Below, in pieces: positions 27,400 through 39,065 of a DNA stretch of 64,000 nt. The notes under the pieces are model-generated. The model worked only from the letters and a program-made list of their open reading frames with translations, did not search any database and was not told the origin of the DNA. Origin of the DNA: Callorhinchus milii (Eukaryota); assembly GCF_018977255.1 (NCBI RefSeq), contig NW_024704742.1, positions 31,622,001 through 31,686,000 on the forward strand, read 5' to 3'. The position numbers and the translations under genes are program-made. The stretch's first letter is position 1; each line of letters starts with the position of its first letter.

Positions 27400-27761
27400 C
27401 TGATTTGTTGAGTTGAATGGCCCTTTCCGTGCATGGTATGGCATCTTTCGAGTCGGGAGGACAGTCAGGGATTTGCACCCGACGGGGTGGGGGCGGGGTT
27501 GGGATCAGGGAGGGCGGAGGGCAGGGAGGGTAGATATAGGAGGGTTGCCAAAGGCGTGGTCGAAGAGGACAGTCTTGAGATGTGCCTTGAAGGAGGCAAG
27601 GGAGAGAGCAAGGCGAAGGGACTGTTGGATGGAGTTCCAAAGGGTGGGGGCAGAGAGGCTGAAGGCCCGACCGCCGATGATGGGGTGAGCCGGGCGGGGG
27701 ACGTGGAGCAGGCTGGAGCATGCTGAATGGAGGGAGCGTACAGGTTCATATGGGGTTAGGT
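27400..27761 (-). mobile_element. L2 3' fragment interrupted by the hAT element (resumes at ~29638-29720)
   Basis: L2 sequence reads continuously across the TSD once the transposon is removed. Confidence 0.85.
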
Positions 27762-29637
27762 CAGGGGTGGGCAAAATACGGCCCGAGGGCCATATCTGGC
27801 CTGCCAAATTACTCTTTACTGCCTGTCATTGTGTTTAGCAAAAGAAAAAATTATAGCTTGTTCGGTCCCAGAAAGTCCCACAAAGTTCGCATTTGAATCA
27901 GACCAGGAACATCAGCCAATCATTCTGCTTAGTTGTGCGTATGCTCCCTTAAGTGTTGAATCAGGCTGACGTCCGACATGTACGGATCGGCAAATTTTGA
28001 AACACGGACACGCGGAAACCGCTGCAATACTTTTCACTGAAGAGGACGTTAATTCGAAATAAGTTTATCAAAGAAGCGGAAAGTGGACGCTGAAGGTCGA
28101 ATATTCAACAAAGAATGGACATGTAATTTTTTTTTTACCAGTGTGGGTGGAAAATAAAACAAATAAAATAAAAATAAGTTAAAAAAGAAAATAAATAAAG
28201 AAAAAAGTGTGTAGTTACAAAATAAAGTAAGCAATTTTGCATGTTTTTCACTGGCACTCGATTAGAGTTGTGATGTCAATGACACAGCCCAGTTCATAAT
28301 TTTTATTCGAGGTATCACCAAACATTTTGAGCTCACAGAAGAATTGGCATCAATACAGTCAATGAAAGATACAACAACTGGAGAAGACTTTTTGGAGGCA
28401 GTAAATAAGTATATCTTAAAATTAGGAGTGGAATGAAAAAAATTGGTAAACTTGACCACCGATGGAAGTCCAAATATGACAGGCAAAAATGCTGGGTTAC
28501 TGAAAAGCATTCAAGATCAAGTCAAAGAAACAAATCCAGAGAATTGTTTTTCTACACCGCATTATCCACCAAGAGGTCCTCTGTAAGAGTGTTCTAAAAC
28601 TAAGCACTGTCATGGACACAGTTACGAAAGTGGTCAACTACATTCGAGCAAGAGGATTAAACCACAGGAAATTTGTAACTCTGCTTGAGGAATTTGAATC
28701 TGAGTGCACGGATGTTCCGTATCACATGAATGTAAGATGGCTTAGTTTAGGAAAGGTCTTAAAAAGAGTGTGGGAACTAAGAACAGCTTATTGACCTGCA
28801 ATGTGATCCATTGCTTGCGGAGCAATTCAAATCCAGAATATTGTTTTTCTACACTGCATTATCCACCAAAGGTCCTTGTAAGAGTGTTCTAAAACTAAGC
28901 AGTGTCATGGACACGCCTAATAATACCTCCAAAAACAAAAACTATAATAAATTGGTTATTTTCAATCCACGACTGTTTGTGGGACACTGCTTTGTGCAAT
29001 TGGCTGCCACATTTCACCCACAAATATTCACTTTCCAGCACATTCTGTGAAGCGCTTTGAGATATCTAGAAGACGTGAAAAACGCTATCTCAAATGCAAG
29101 GATTATTATTATTATTAAATCAGTGCCGCTTCCCAGTTTTTACACCTCTCTTAATGAATATATCTTTCCAAAAATAAAGGCTCATGCCTGGAGGATGCTT
29201 GTGCTATTTGGATCAACACATATATGCGAGGAGACAGTTTCTGTGATGAAATTCAATAAATCAAAACATAGATCTGTGATGACTGATGACCACCTTGCAG
29301 CAGTACTCTGCACTGCAACAATGGAGACGATGCGCGACTTCAATTGTCTGGTTAACGCACATCAGGGCTTTCATTTTTCCCATTGAATGAGCTTCTTACA
29401 TTCTCCTCAATATGTGAATAAATCAATAAATGTTGAATAAATGTCTGCTCGATGAGTTTTTTATTTAACCTAATTTTAATGAATGTCAATTATACAGACT
29501 TTATTTTATGCATGTACAAGTGTAAGACTTGATTTTGAGCTATTATTAAGCATTTGCATCTATATTAAGTGTGTGGCCCACGAAGCTTACCAAACCTCGT
29601 CAAGTGGCCCGCCAGCCAAAATAATCGCCCAGCCCTG
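27762..29637 (+). mobile_element. Decayed hAT DNA transposon (Charlie/Buster, GTF2IRD2-like transposase), internally deleted
   Basis: TIRs CAGGGGTGGGCAAAAT / ATAATCGCCCAGCCCTG; 8-bp TSD GGTTAGGT / GGTTAGGA; transposase remnants KKRKVDAEGRIFNKEW, LTTDGSPNMTG, IIHQEVLC, VRWLSLGKVL, LFGSTHICEE with stops and frameshifts. Confidence 0.92.
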
Positions 29638-29814
29638 GGTTAGGAGGTCACAGAGGTAGGAAGGAGCAAGACTGTGGAGAGCCTAGAAAGTCAGGACAAG
29701 GATTTATCTATCCTCTGGGGGATAGTCTATCTACTGTTTCCAAGGGGTATATTTTCAAGTTGTAATTTGTTGTAAAGAATTGGTCAAAAATAAGCATTTT
29801 AAAGGGGATAATAC

Positions 29815-30148
29815 TAATAAATAATCCTTGCATTTGATATAGCGCTTTTCACGTCTTCTCGATGTCTCAAAGCGCTTCACAGAATAGACTGTGAATACAC
29901 AGAATAGACTGTGAATACACAGAATAGACTGTGAAGTGAGTTGACCGTATATTTGTAGGCAAAACGCAGCAGCCAATTGCGCACAGTAGTGTCCCACAAA
30001 CAGTATTTAGTATTGTTTTGTTTTACAGGGATTATTATTAGGCGTGGAGAATAAGGAAACTTCCCCAAGGTTTCGCCCTGCCTGGAATTGAACTCAAGTA
30101 TCTTGCTTGCAAGACAAGTGCTCTAACCACTGAGCTACAGGACTCCAC
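29815..30148 (-). mobile_element. tRNA-derived SINE with an internal 20-bp triplication (CACAGAATAGACTGTGAATA)
   Basis: A/B boxes and (ATT)n tail. Confidence 0.88.
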
Positions 30149-31708
30149 CTTAGGATCTTAGAGATGTACATCAAATTGAAATACCAGGATAGAAACAGTA
30201 AACCCAGAACAATACTTTTAGATACACCAATGATGCTGAACAAAAAAGTACAAGTTAAGGGTTGAGAAGGGTGCATTTAGCGCAGACACCAGTTAGTATT
30301 TCTTCACGTAGAGAATAATTAACAGTTGCAATCAGTTAACTGGAAACATGGCTGAGACCAGGGAGCTGAACTCAACATTTTAATGCTCAATGAGAAGGCA
30401 GTTGGATAGATATTCTGGAAGGAAGAGATCAAATGCTGAATTTTTTAATCCAATTTTCTTGTTAACGATTGAGTGCAGCAACTACAGAAAAAACAGAATA
30501 GGACTTTAACAGAGTAAGTCTCCAATTGTGAGAGGTAGAATTTGGGAGTTCATATGCAGGTTTAAAAGTTAATTTTGTTTAAGAGGATTACTGTGTCAGT
30601 TCCAGAGTACAATTTGTTTATGTAAAACTATTGGGGGAATGGTAGAGGTGGGGCTGATTCTGATAGGCTGACTGATGTAAAGCATTAATGGAAGGAATGG
30701 GTTTCATTCCTAGTATATAAAAGCAGAGCAAATTCAAGTGGAGTGTAACTGTGATGGTGAAGTTAAGTCTCTGTTGGCATCAGTTAGGGCCGTGGAGAAG
30801 CAAGGCCAGGGTTTGTAACTAGGCAGGGTAAGTGAATCTGTTTCTGACTCAGACAAAGTTACTTACTTTAAGGTTTACATTACAACTAGTTGGTTAAAGC
30901 TGTTGTGTGAAAGGGTACAATGATGTGTGTGGCATGCACAATGTGGACTATTTTGGATTAACAATCAAACAAGCAAGAAAGAACTTGAATTTTTATAGCA
31001 CCTTATAATGTTGAAATGTTTCATAGGTAATTACTGTAATGTCAAATGTACTAACTGTGTATCTGTAAGTATACCAACAGCCAATGTGTGCAGCAAGGTT
31101 TCACAAAAAGGCCATGAGGTGAATGATCAATTCATTTTGGAGGAATTGTTAGTCAGGTCTCCTTTATTTTTTTTGAATAGTGGCATTAGATTTTTAATGT
31201 CTACCTGCACAGGCAGACAGGGCCTTGGTTTAACACCTCAAAGAAAACAACTACAACAATGCAGCATGCTCCCCTAGTATCTAGGAGAAGTACATGCAGG
31301 TTTGGAAGGTTGTATCACCGACCTTGACAACCGATTAATGATAAACTGGAAGCACATAATATTTCAATTAATAAATAGGATACATAATGGAAATGGCTTT
31401 TTCAATATAGTGACAATACCATTAAAATTAGCATACCATTAAATAGTCAAAATACCTTTCTAGCTAGGATCCCAACTGAAGGAAATCAGAAAAGCTATAA
31501 AATAAAGAATTGGTTTGTCTAAGTGATACACTAAGTAAATACTAGGCATACATTGCTAAATCCTGCCCTAGGTAGACAATTCCATTATATAAGTAACCAC
31601 ACAGAAAGGAGTGGTTCATTTCTGCTTGAGCAGTACAAGGGATGCATTATACACATGTGCCTTAATCACTTGAAGATAACACACTGTCTGCATCTCTGGG
31701 TTGCACTG

Positions 31709-31806
31709 TATAAAACAGAAATGCAAAAAGAAAACTACTTAATTCACACAGCCAGATGATGAGCTGAAGCATCCAACAACTTCCATCATATTATCATCGG
31801 TAAGTG
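31709..31806 (+). promoter_or_regulatory. Candidate SLC26A1 TATA box and short non-coding first exon
   Basis: TATAAAA at 31709-31715, then ~85 nt later a consensus donor CG|GTAAGT at 31800; the acceptor at 34812 implies an upstream non-coding exon. Confidence 0.35.
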
Positions 31807-32119
31807 AAACTGCCATGCATAAATTATATTTTCATTAAACAAAATGCTCTGTCCACAATAGTATTGCCTGCTTTTAAACAGCAATGGTTGATTTAGCTGC
31901 TCAATTGTGCTCCTATTCTTTAAGTACCTATCTTTAAGAGCAGAATTTGCAACCAATGCAAACTCTGTAATTTGACTGTTCTGATTTTAAGGCAGCGAGG
32001 CACTAAAAGCTATTTTTAATACCATGTACTATAAGAATGACACTGATGGCATATTGTGTACAGTTTCCTGGGCAAAATAATCTTTATCACATTGTCTAAA
32101 AGTTAATCTAAAGGTGACA

Positions 32120-32515
32120 ACCCTCCTAGTCAGAAGGTTGTGGGTTCAAGCCCCATGTCAGGATTTGGAACTCAAGTCTAGGCTGACCCTCCGACATAGG
32201 GCTGGAGGTGTTCTGCATTGTTGGGAGGTGACATCTTTCAAATGAGACATTAATACAAAGCCCAGTCTGCCTATCCAGGTGGACGTTAAAGATCCCTTAG
32301 CACTATTTGAAAGGAGAAGGGAATTTCTTCTGGTGTCTTGGCCAACAATCCCCCAAACTAAAAATTGGTCACTCACTTCATTGGCTGGTTGTGGGAAAAT
32401 TGGCTGCCACATTCGCCTATAAATACACTCATTGCAATTCAGTCAAATGCTGTGAAGCACTTTTGAGACGTCTCAACAGATAAGGCACTATATCAAATAG
32501 AAAGCTTATTATTAT
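32120..32515 (+). mobile_element. Deu-domain-type SINE, near full length
   Basis: Head GTCAGAAGGTTGTGGGTTCAAGCCCC, Deu-like core and tail. Confidence 0.72.
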
Positions 32516-33914
32516 AAATTCAATTAATTAAATAAGAATTCTTCTCTATTATGGATATTCAGAGAAGCCTAAGAGAAGAGCTCTAAAACAGTGGTTCTCT
32601 ACAATTATAGATACGCATAGGTACTGCAAGAAAGTAATTAATGGTCTAAACTATTTTATTCTGAAAGAGATGGGGAGCATTTTGATTAGAAACTTACAAT
32701 AGCCACTTTGTGTAAGTGGGATTAAGGTATATTAGAAATAGGTACACAGTTCAGAAATCAATTAATTTTATTTGGGATTGGGATCTTAAATTGAATATTT
32801 TTAAGGTCTAGCCAGCAGAGAACCAGATTAACATCAGGCCTATGTGGAATGTGTTATGTGGAAACAAGCTTTGTAGATTTTTGAAAACGTTACTTATTGG
32901 AAAATTATCTGCCTTTTCAAGGGTGTTAAACGTATTTAACAAATTGGATTTTTGTGCTGTTATAAGCAGATACTACAAATGTACTAGCTGATGTATAAGC
33001 TGAACTGTATAATTCCTGGTTAATGGATCAATGTTTAAACAATCCATAAATCATTAATACAGAGCATATTTGGAGCAAAATGAGTCACTATTTCTGTACT
33101 TGGTTTAAAATAAAGAAAATGTACTGTGCTTGTTTGGAATTACTGAATATTATCATGAGTAGCAACTTACTTTTTAATCAAATCTTCTCAGCCCAGGGCA
33201 AAAATAACTAACTTGATTGTTTCAATCTGAATGCCTGTGGATATACTTGCAAATGCAAACAATTGTTTCCTACCCACTCTTTTCAATCATTACATTCTTG
33301 GTACTGTATATTCCAACAAGAATAGATGTATCCATTTTATTCAATAATAACTTTAAGAATTTTCAGACTTGTTCATGTTTATATTGAGGTTGTTGTGTTG
33401 CCTACAATTCATTAACATCATGTAACCACTAAAATAAATGGTGCATAGTGATACTTCACAGCATTTAAATTTCTTGAAAACTAGTTTTTTCAAAGTACTG
33501 TATATTTTTAACCAAGAAAATTTGGTTTAAAAATATACACATTTGTACTGAATTAATATTCAAAACATGTTAAACAGAAGACAAACACTTTTTTGGAGAG
33601 CAAATTTTAAAAGTGACTCATCAACTTTGTGGTAATTACTTCACTAGTGTAAATATGACAAAAATATAAATTGCAAATGAATTTTAATTTTAATGAAAAT
33701 TTATGAACCGTAACACACTGAAATCACTAAACACACTAATTCACCATATTCCCATTTACCTCAATATTCACACATTGATGAAAAAAATTAAATAAAATTT
33801 AAATCTGGTCTCAAACCAGACACTTTTCTGCTTGACGCGCACACATATTTTAACTTCCCCAATATAGTGACTCATTATAGCACAAGTCTGTCAATAGCCC
33901 GGGTAGGTTATAGA

Positions 33915-34445
33915 CACAAGTCCTGGAGGAGAACCAATTTCTTACAGTTGAGTGTTGACAAGACTGAGGCTCTCCTGCTTGGCTTTCGTCAGCATTTCAT
34001 TGCTTCAGGCGCTGAAAGCATCATTATTCATGGATGCACTCTCCACCTCACCAAGCCTGTACGGAACTTTCGTCTCTATTCGACTCTCAGCTGTCCTTTT
34101 AATCCCAGATTCGTGCCATCACCAATTCTACCTCTGCAACATTGCCTGCTTCCGCCACTCTCTCTTCCCTCAGGCTGCTGAAACTCGCATCCATGCTTTC
34201 ATTACATCCAGGCTTGATTACCGTAACTCTCTGCTCGCTGGACTGCCCAACTCTTCCCTCCACAAGCTGCAGATTATTCAGAACTTTGTAGCTCATGTCC
34301 TCTCCCGCACTAATATTCATGAGCCGCTCATCCCCATCCTTGCCTAGCTTCACTAGCTCCCCATCCCCTGGAGGATCAAGTTCAAGATCCTTGTGCTCAC
34401 CCTTAAAGCGCTCCAGTCTTGCTCCTCTCTACCTCTGCAACCCAT
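33915..34445 (+). mobile_element. L2-clade LINE fragment
   Basis: HAFITSRLDYRNSLLAGLP motif. Confidence 0.85.
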
Positions 34446-34843
34446 TCATCAACCTGTCAGTTAAAGCAGGTGTTTAAATTGAAATTAGATAGTACAGCAA
34501 AGTTGAAAATGAATTAAAGGGATACAAATCTACAAAGTTTTCTTACCAATTTTGATTGTCAAGTCCAGACTAAATTTCCACAGCTAGGACTGACTGTTTC
34601 CCCCCCTCCCCGCAAAAATAGTTGTAATTTCAGCATGTTTTACTTTGTTAGCCACAAAGAAAAAAAGGATTATACCATATAATGTGTAATGATCCAAACA
34701 AAAAAATCAGATCAGTCTGATTTGTATACCAAAAGGATCACTGTAGAGGAACTGAACAACTGGTATTACTGTAAGTTTGATTTGTCTTGAAACATTTTTT
34801 TTACTATTACAGATATACCACTCTACAGTAACATCTGACAGCA

Positions 34844-35473
34844 ATGGAAAATCAGGACCAATTGATCAAAATGGAGATTCATTCAGATTCTCAGATATAT
34901 ATTGAAAGGACAGAAAGAGAAAAACCGAAGGTGAAAGAAATTATCAAAAAGAAACTGAAGAAAAACTGCTCGTGTTCTCTGCATAAGGTTAAGAACATCA
35001 TTACAGGCTTCTTTCCTGTTCTCCAGTGGCTCCCAAAGTACAATATTAAAAAATGGATTGTGGGTGATGCCATTTCAGGTCTGCTTGTTGCTGTTGTCTT
35101 GGTTCCGCAATCAATAGCATATTCGTTGCTTGCTGGCCTGGAACCCATCTCCAGCCTGTACACATCTTTTTTCGCCAACACTGTTTATTTTCTGATGGGT
35201 ACCTCTCGCCACATTTCAGTGGGCATTTTCAGTTTAATGTGCCTTATGGTGGGGCAGGTAGTTGATCGGGAGCTTCAACTGGCTGGATTTGACGTAAGTG
35301 AAGACAGCAAAAAGCTGCCAAGGGTGTTGGCCAGTGGAGAGAAGTGGAACGCCAGTGTTAACTCAGCTGTGAGGAACATTACCTTCCTTGGGCCATTAAA
35401 TATTGAGTGTGACGAAAAATGCTATGCTGCTAGTATTGCAGTTGCCTTGACTTTTATGGCTGGAGTTTATCAG
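34844..35473 (+). CDS. SLC26A1: SLC26A1 sulfate/anion transporter, first coding exon (210 codons)
   Basis: SulP motifs FFPVLQWLPKY, VPQSIAYSLLAG, GTSRHISVGIF; acceptor at 34811-34812 upstream of the ATG; donor CAG|GTAACA after ...GVYQ. Confidence 0.93.
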
Positions 35474-38400
35474 GTAACATTTTCTTAAAAGTTTGCTATA
35501 CTTTTCATAATTTCAAACCTGTTGCTGTATAGAAAATAACACGTTGCAGTTATAAAGCTGGGAAGCATCTCAAAGCACTTAACAGTAGCGAACCTTGACG
35601 CTGAGCTTGATGCTGAGGAGATTGGGGAAGTGACCATAGGCACGGTCAAACAGGAAAGTCTACAGGTGTAGATGTATTTTCCCAGCAAATAATTTAACTT
35701 ACAAAAGTAAAAAGAGATTGATTTTTATTTAGTGTGGCTTTACCTAACCTACAAGTACACTGTCACCTTGATAGAGCAATTTTTTTGAGAATATGGTGAA
35801 CTAGAGTAAATTGGAGTGGAGGGGGGAGGAAACTGGATGGGATCTTCAGTTAACAATTGCCTAATCTAAGAACTGCAGTCTTTCTATATTACAATAAGGT
35901 TGCAAGTACCTTTTTTCCCCAGGAATGTGGTGCAAAATATAAAGAATTTTAGGCAAGTTTTTAATGTTCTTTTGAGAATTCATAACATAAAAGAAAAGGC
36001 TAAGAGTATCCTCTGTATAAAATACATCTCCAATTCTTTAACAAAATTATTTTTACCAGGAGACAGTGTAATTTTTGTTTTACAAGTATCTTTAGCATTT
36101 TGATGACTTACTATTTCATGTCTCTGCTACCCTCCAGTGCCAGATTCAATGTTCTACGTTCAGTGGAAAACAGGTGAACAATACAATGAGACACAAAGAT
36201 TGAGACCTAATATTTTTAGTCCCACTCCCATTTTACTGTTTTAAAAAAAATGGTTTTGTGCAATGAAGCTTGTTACAAAAGAGTCTGTCATAGCAAATAC
36301 AGTGCTAATTCTTATTCCAGGACAAAGTCTCTGCATTCTTCTCTGCCACCTCTCCTCCAAGTCTGTCCATTTTGAATTTCCTCTTTCCTCCCAGTATCCA
36401 AACTGTCTCCTCGAACGGCTTCAGTCAAATGCGGTGTTCCTCAGGGTTCTGTTCTCCAGCCTCTTTTTACTCTTCGTTGTTGACACCATCCATAAGCATG
36501 AGGGTCCACATCCAGATGGATGACACCCAACTCTACTCTGTCTCTACCTTCGATCCCAGGTTGTTGTTCTGACTGATTTCCTGTCAGAATTAACCAGGAC
36601 TTGATGTCTTAACTTTCTACAGCTCAATGTCAGCAAGGCCATGTTCTCTAGAACTTGATTCTCTGCCTTAATACCTCCCTACTTTCAAAACAAGCTTCAA
36701 CTACATTCCCCCGACCTTCCCCACCCCCAAGCTAGGGCTCCTTGTCAGTTGTGTGACAAGATTTGACACCATCTCCGATCGTGAAAGGTGCAATGTATTG
36801 TAAGGAAACATGCCCAAAGTTTTGCCCTGTAGTAAATTGTTCATTTGGGAAATAAATTGATTTGCCACTAGACTTAGCAAACTCCTGTTTCCTCAGTACT
36901 TGAATCACGATTGCTTACTGATGCACTCTAGTGGCAGAAGCATAGTGCTGCAATATCAATCTTTGCATTTGATATAGGACCTTATCCCATCACAGAGACA
37001 TCTCAAAGCGCTTCTCAGAATATACTGTGCAGTGGATTGACTGCATTTTTGTGAGTGAAACACCACAGCCAGTTGTGCGCAGCAATGTCTCACGAACAGC
37101 CATGGAGTGAGTGACCAGTTTTATTTGGTTACTGTTGGCCAAGACATCAGGAGAAACTCAATTCTCTTTTCAAATAGTGCCATGGGATTTTTAACATCCA
37201 CTGAACAAACAGAAGGGACTTTGGTTTAACATCTTATCCGAGGGACAGCACTTCCAACAATGGAAACCAACCCCCAGTACTGCACTGGAGTGTCAGGTTA
37301 GACTATGTGATTAGAAGTCCCACTTTGCAGTACATCTTATGAAGCCCTTTGGGACATCCTCCTGAAGTGAAAGCCACTATTCCAAATGTGAGGATTATTA
37401 TGATTTACCATTATTATTTCTAGACAAGCAGCCAAGCTTTTGAGGGGCAATTATGTGGACAAGGAGAGAACAGGTACCTTGCCAATATTCTCCAGATAAA
37501 ATTAGTCATTCACTTGAAGGCCATTTGTGGGACATTACTATGTGAAAATTCATTGCCACATTAAATCCTGTTAAATACTTTAATGACTTTTTTACAATGT
37601 GATAAGGCGCTCCATCAAATTCCAGGATAATTATTTTAACTACACAGTTACTAAGTTTATTCATACGCTATTGCATATAAACTAGAAGTTCAATTTTATT
37701 GGGATTCCGTTACAATAGTCAACAAAAACAGACTCCCTAACCTCCAAGACAGACCGCCAACTCACTTCGAGTAACTTCTGTGACACATAAATCACTTACT
37801 TCCCCACCTCCAAATGGTGGAAATACATGTTAAGTTTTGAAACACAGCACAACTTGAAAGTTCTAAGAATGTGAGTTACTAAGTATAGTAGCATTTTATA
37901 ATACCAGGAATTACCAGGATTTCTGAATTTAAAAAAAAGCTTTATGTCACTTTTGACAAACTGCAGTTTTCCTCATTTACAGGGAATAATTTGACGTGAG
38001 TAAATCTTAGAAATGGTTAGACATAAAATGGTTAGAAATGGTGCACATCTAGCATACATTTTAGGGCGTCCTTTGTAAAATAACGATGTCTAGTTACTTT
38101 GTACAGAAAGTCTAATCAATCCTCTATCCATCATCAGTAAAACATTTTTCAGGCAAATAGTTAAAGCACCACGTTGTTGCTGAGAAGTGTACCTCAGGTC
38201 CATAGGCACTTTTTATAATTCTTTCTTAGTCATTTTAATCTTATAACCTGCAGTTATAATTCAAACAATCAGACCCATATAGCCACCAGTCAGATTTTGA
38301 CTTTGCTTGTTGCTTTTTGAGTGTAAAGACTGAATGTTTTTTTGCTACCCGAACTCCCTATGCTAAGCACTGTCAAGGGCAAGGATACAGCTCCCAGGCA

Positions 38401-38599
38401 TCAACCAATGGTCCTGTAATAAGTAGTTGTTGGGAGATGTGGTCTGCCTTGAATTTCTCCTCCCAGTTGAGACGCATCTGATATCCGCTCAGAGCTGTGA
38501 CAGCAAAACTGGTAACAAACCGTATGGGAGAGCATAGTTCTTATACCATGCACTTCCTCAGTGAATTAGAACTCTAAAGCAATGTGCTACATCATACAA

Positions 38600-38966
38600 C
38601 GATGACAACAACAAAATTACATTTATAGAGCGCCTTTCACGTCGGGAGGACATTCCAAAGTGATAAACAGTCAGATGTCGGGGCCCGAGCATGGGGGAGG
38701 GGTGGTGTAGGGGTGAGGGAAGGCAGAGAGGTGGGAGGGAGACCAAAGGCACGGTCGAAGAGAAGGTTCTTGAGACCGGCCTTGAAGGAGGCAAGGGAGG
38801 AAGCGAGGGGAAGGGACCGTGGGATAGAGTTCCAGAGTGTGGGGCAGAGAGGCTGAAAGCCCGGCCACCAATGGCAGGGTGGGTCGGGTGGGAGACATGG
38901 AGCAGACCGGAGCCTGATGGACGGAGGGAGTGGGCAGGTTGGTAGGGAGTCAGCAGGTCAGAGAGG
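38600..38966 (-). mobile_element. L2 3' fragment in the SLC26A1 intron
   Basis: IGGRAFSLSAP motif and shared L2 tail. Confidence 0.82.
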
Positions 38967-39065
38967 TGGGACCCTTCCTCTGTCCCCTTCCCCTCCCCAT
39001 CTTCATCAATCAATGCCTCTTTAAAGATGCAGGTTTGTTGTCATTATTAACTTTTTTTGTGCTAG

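Noticed and set aside
28612..29386. ORFs resembling GTF2IRD2/ZBED domesticated genes
   Set aside because: Multiple stops, frameshifts, deletions and a SINE insertion, plus TIR/TSD; a dead transposon
34765..34812. GTAAGT donor at 34771 just upstream of the SLC26A1 acceptor
   Set aside because: Would define a 42-nt intron, too short for typical vertebrate splicing
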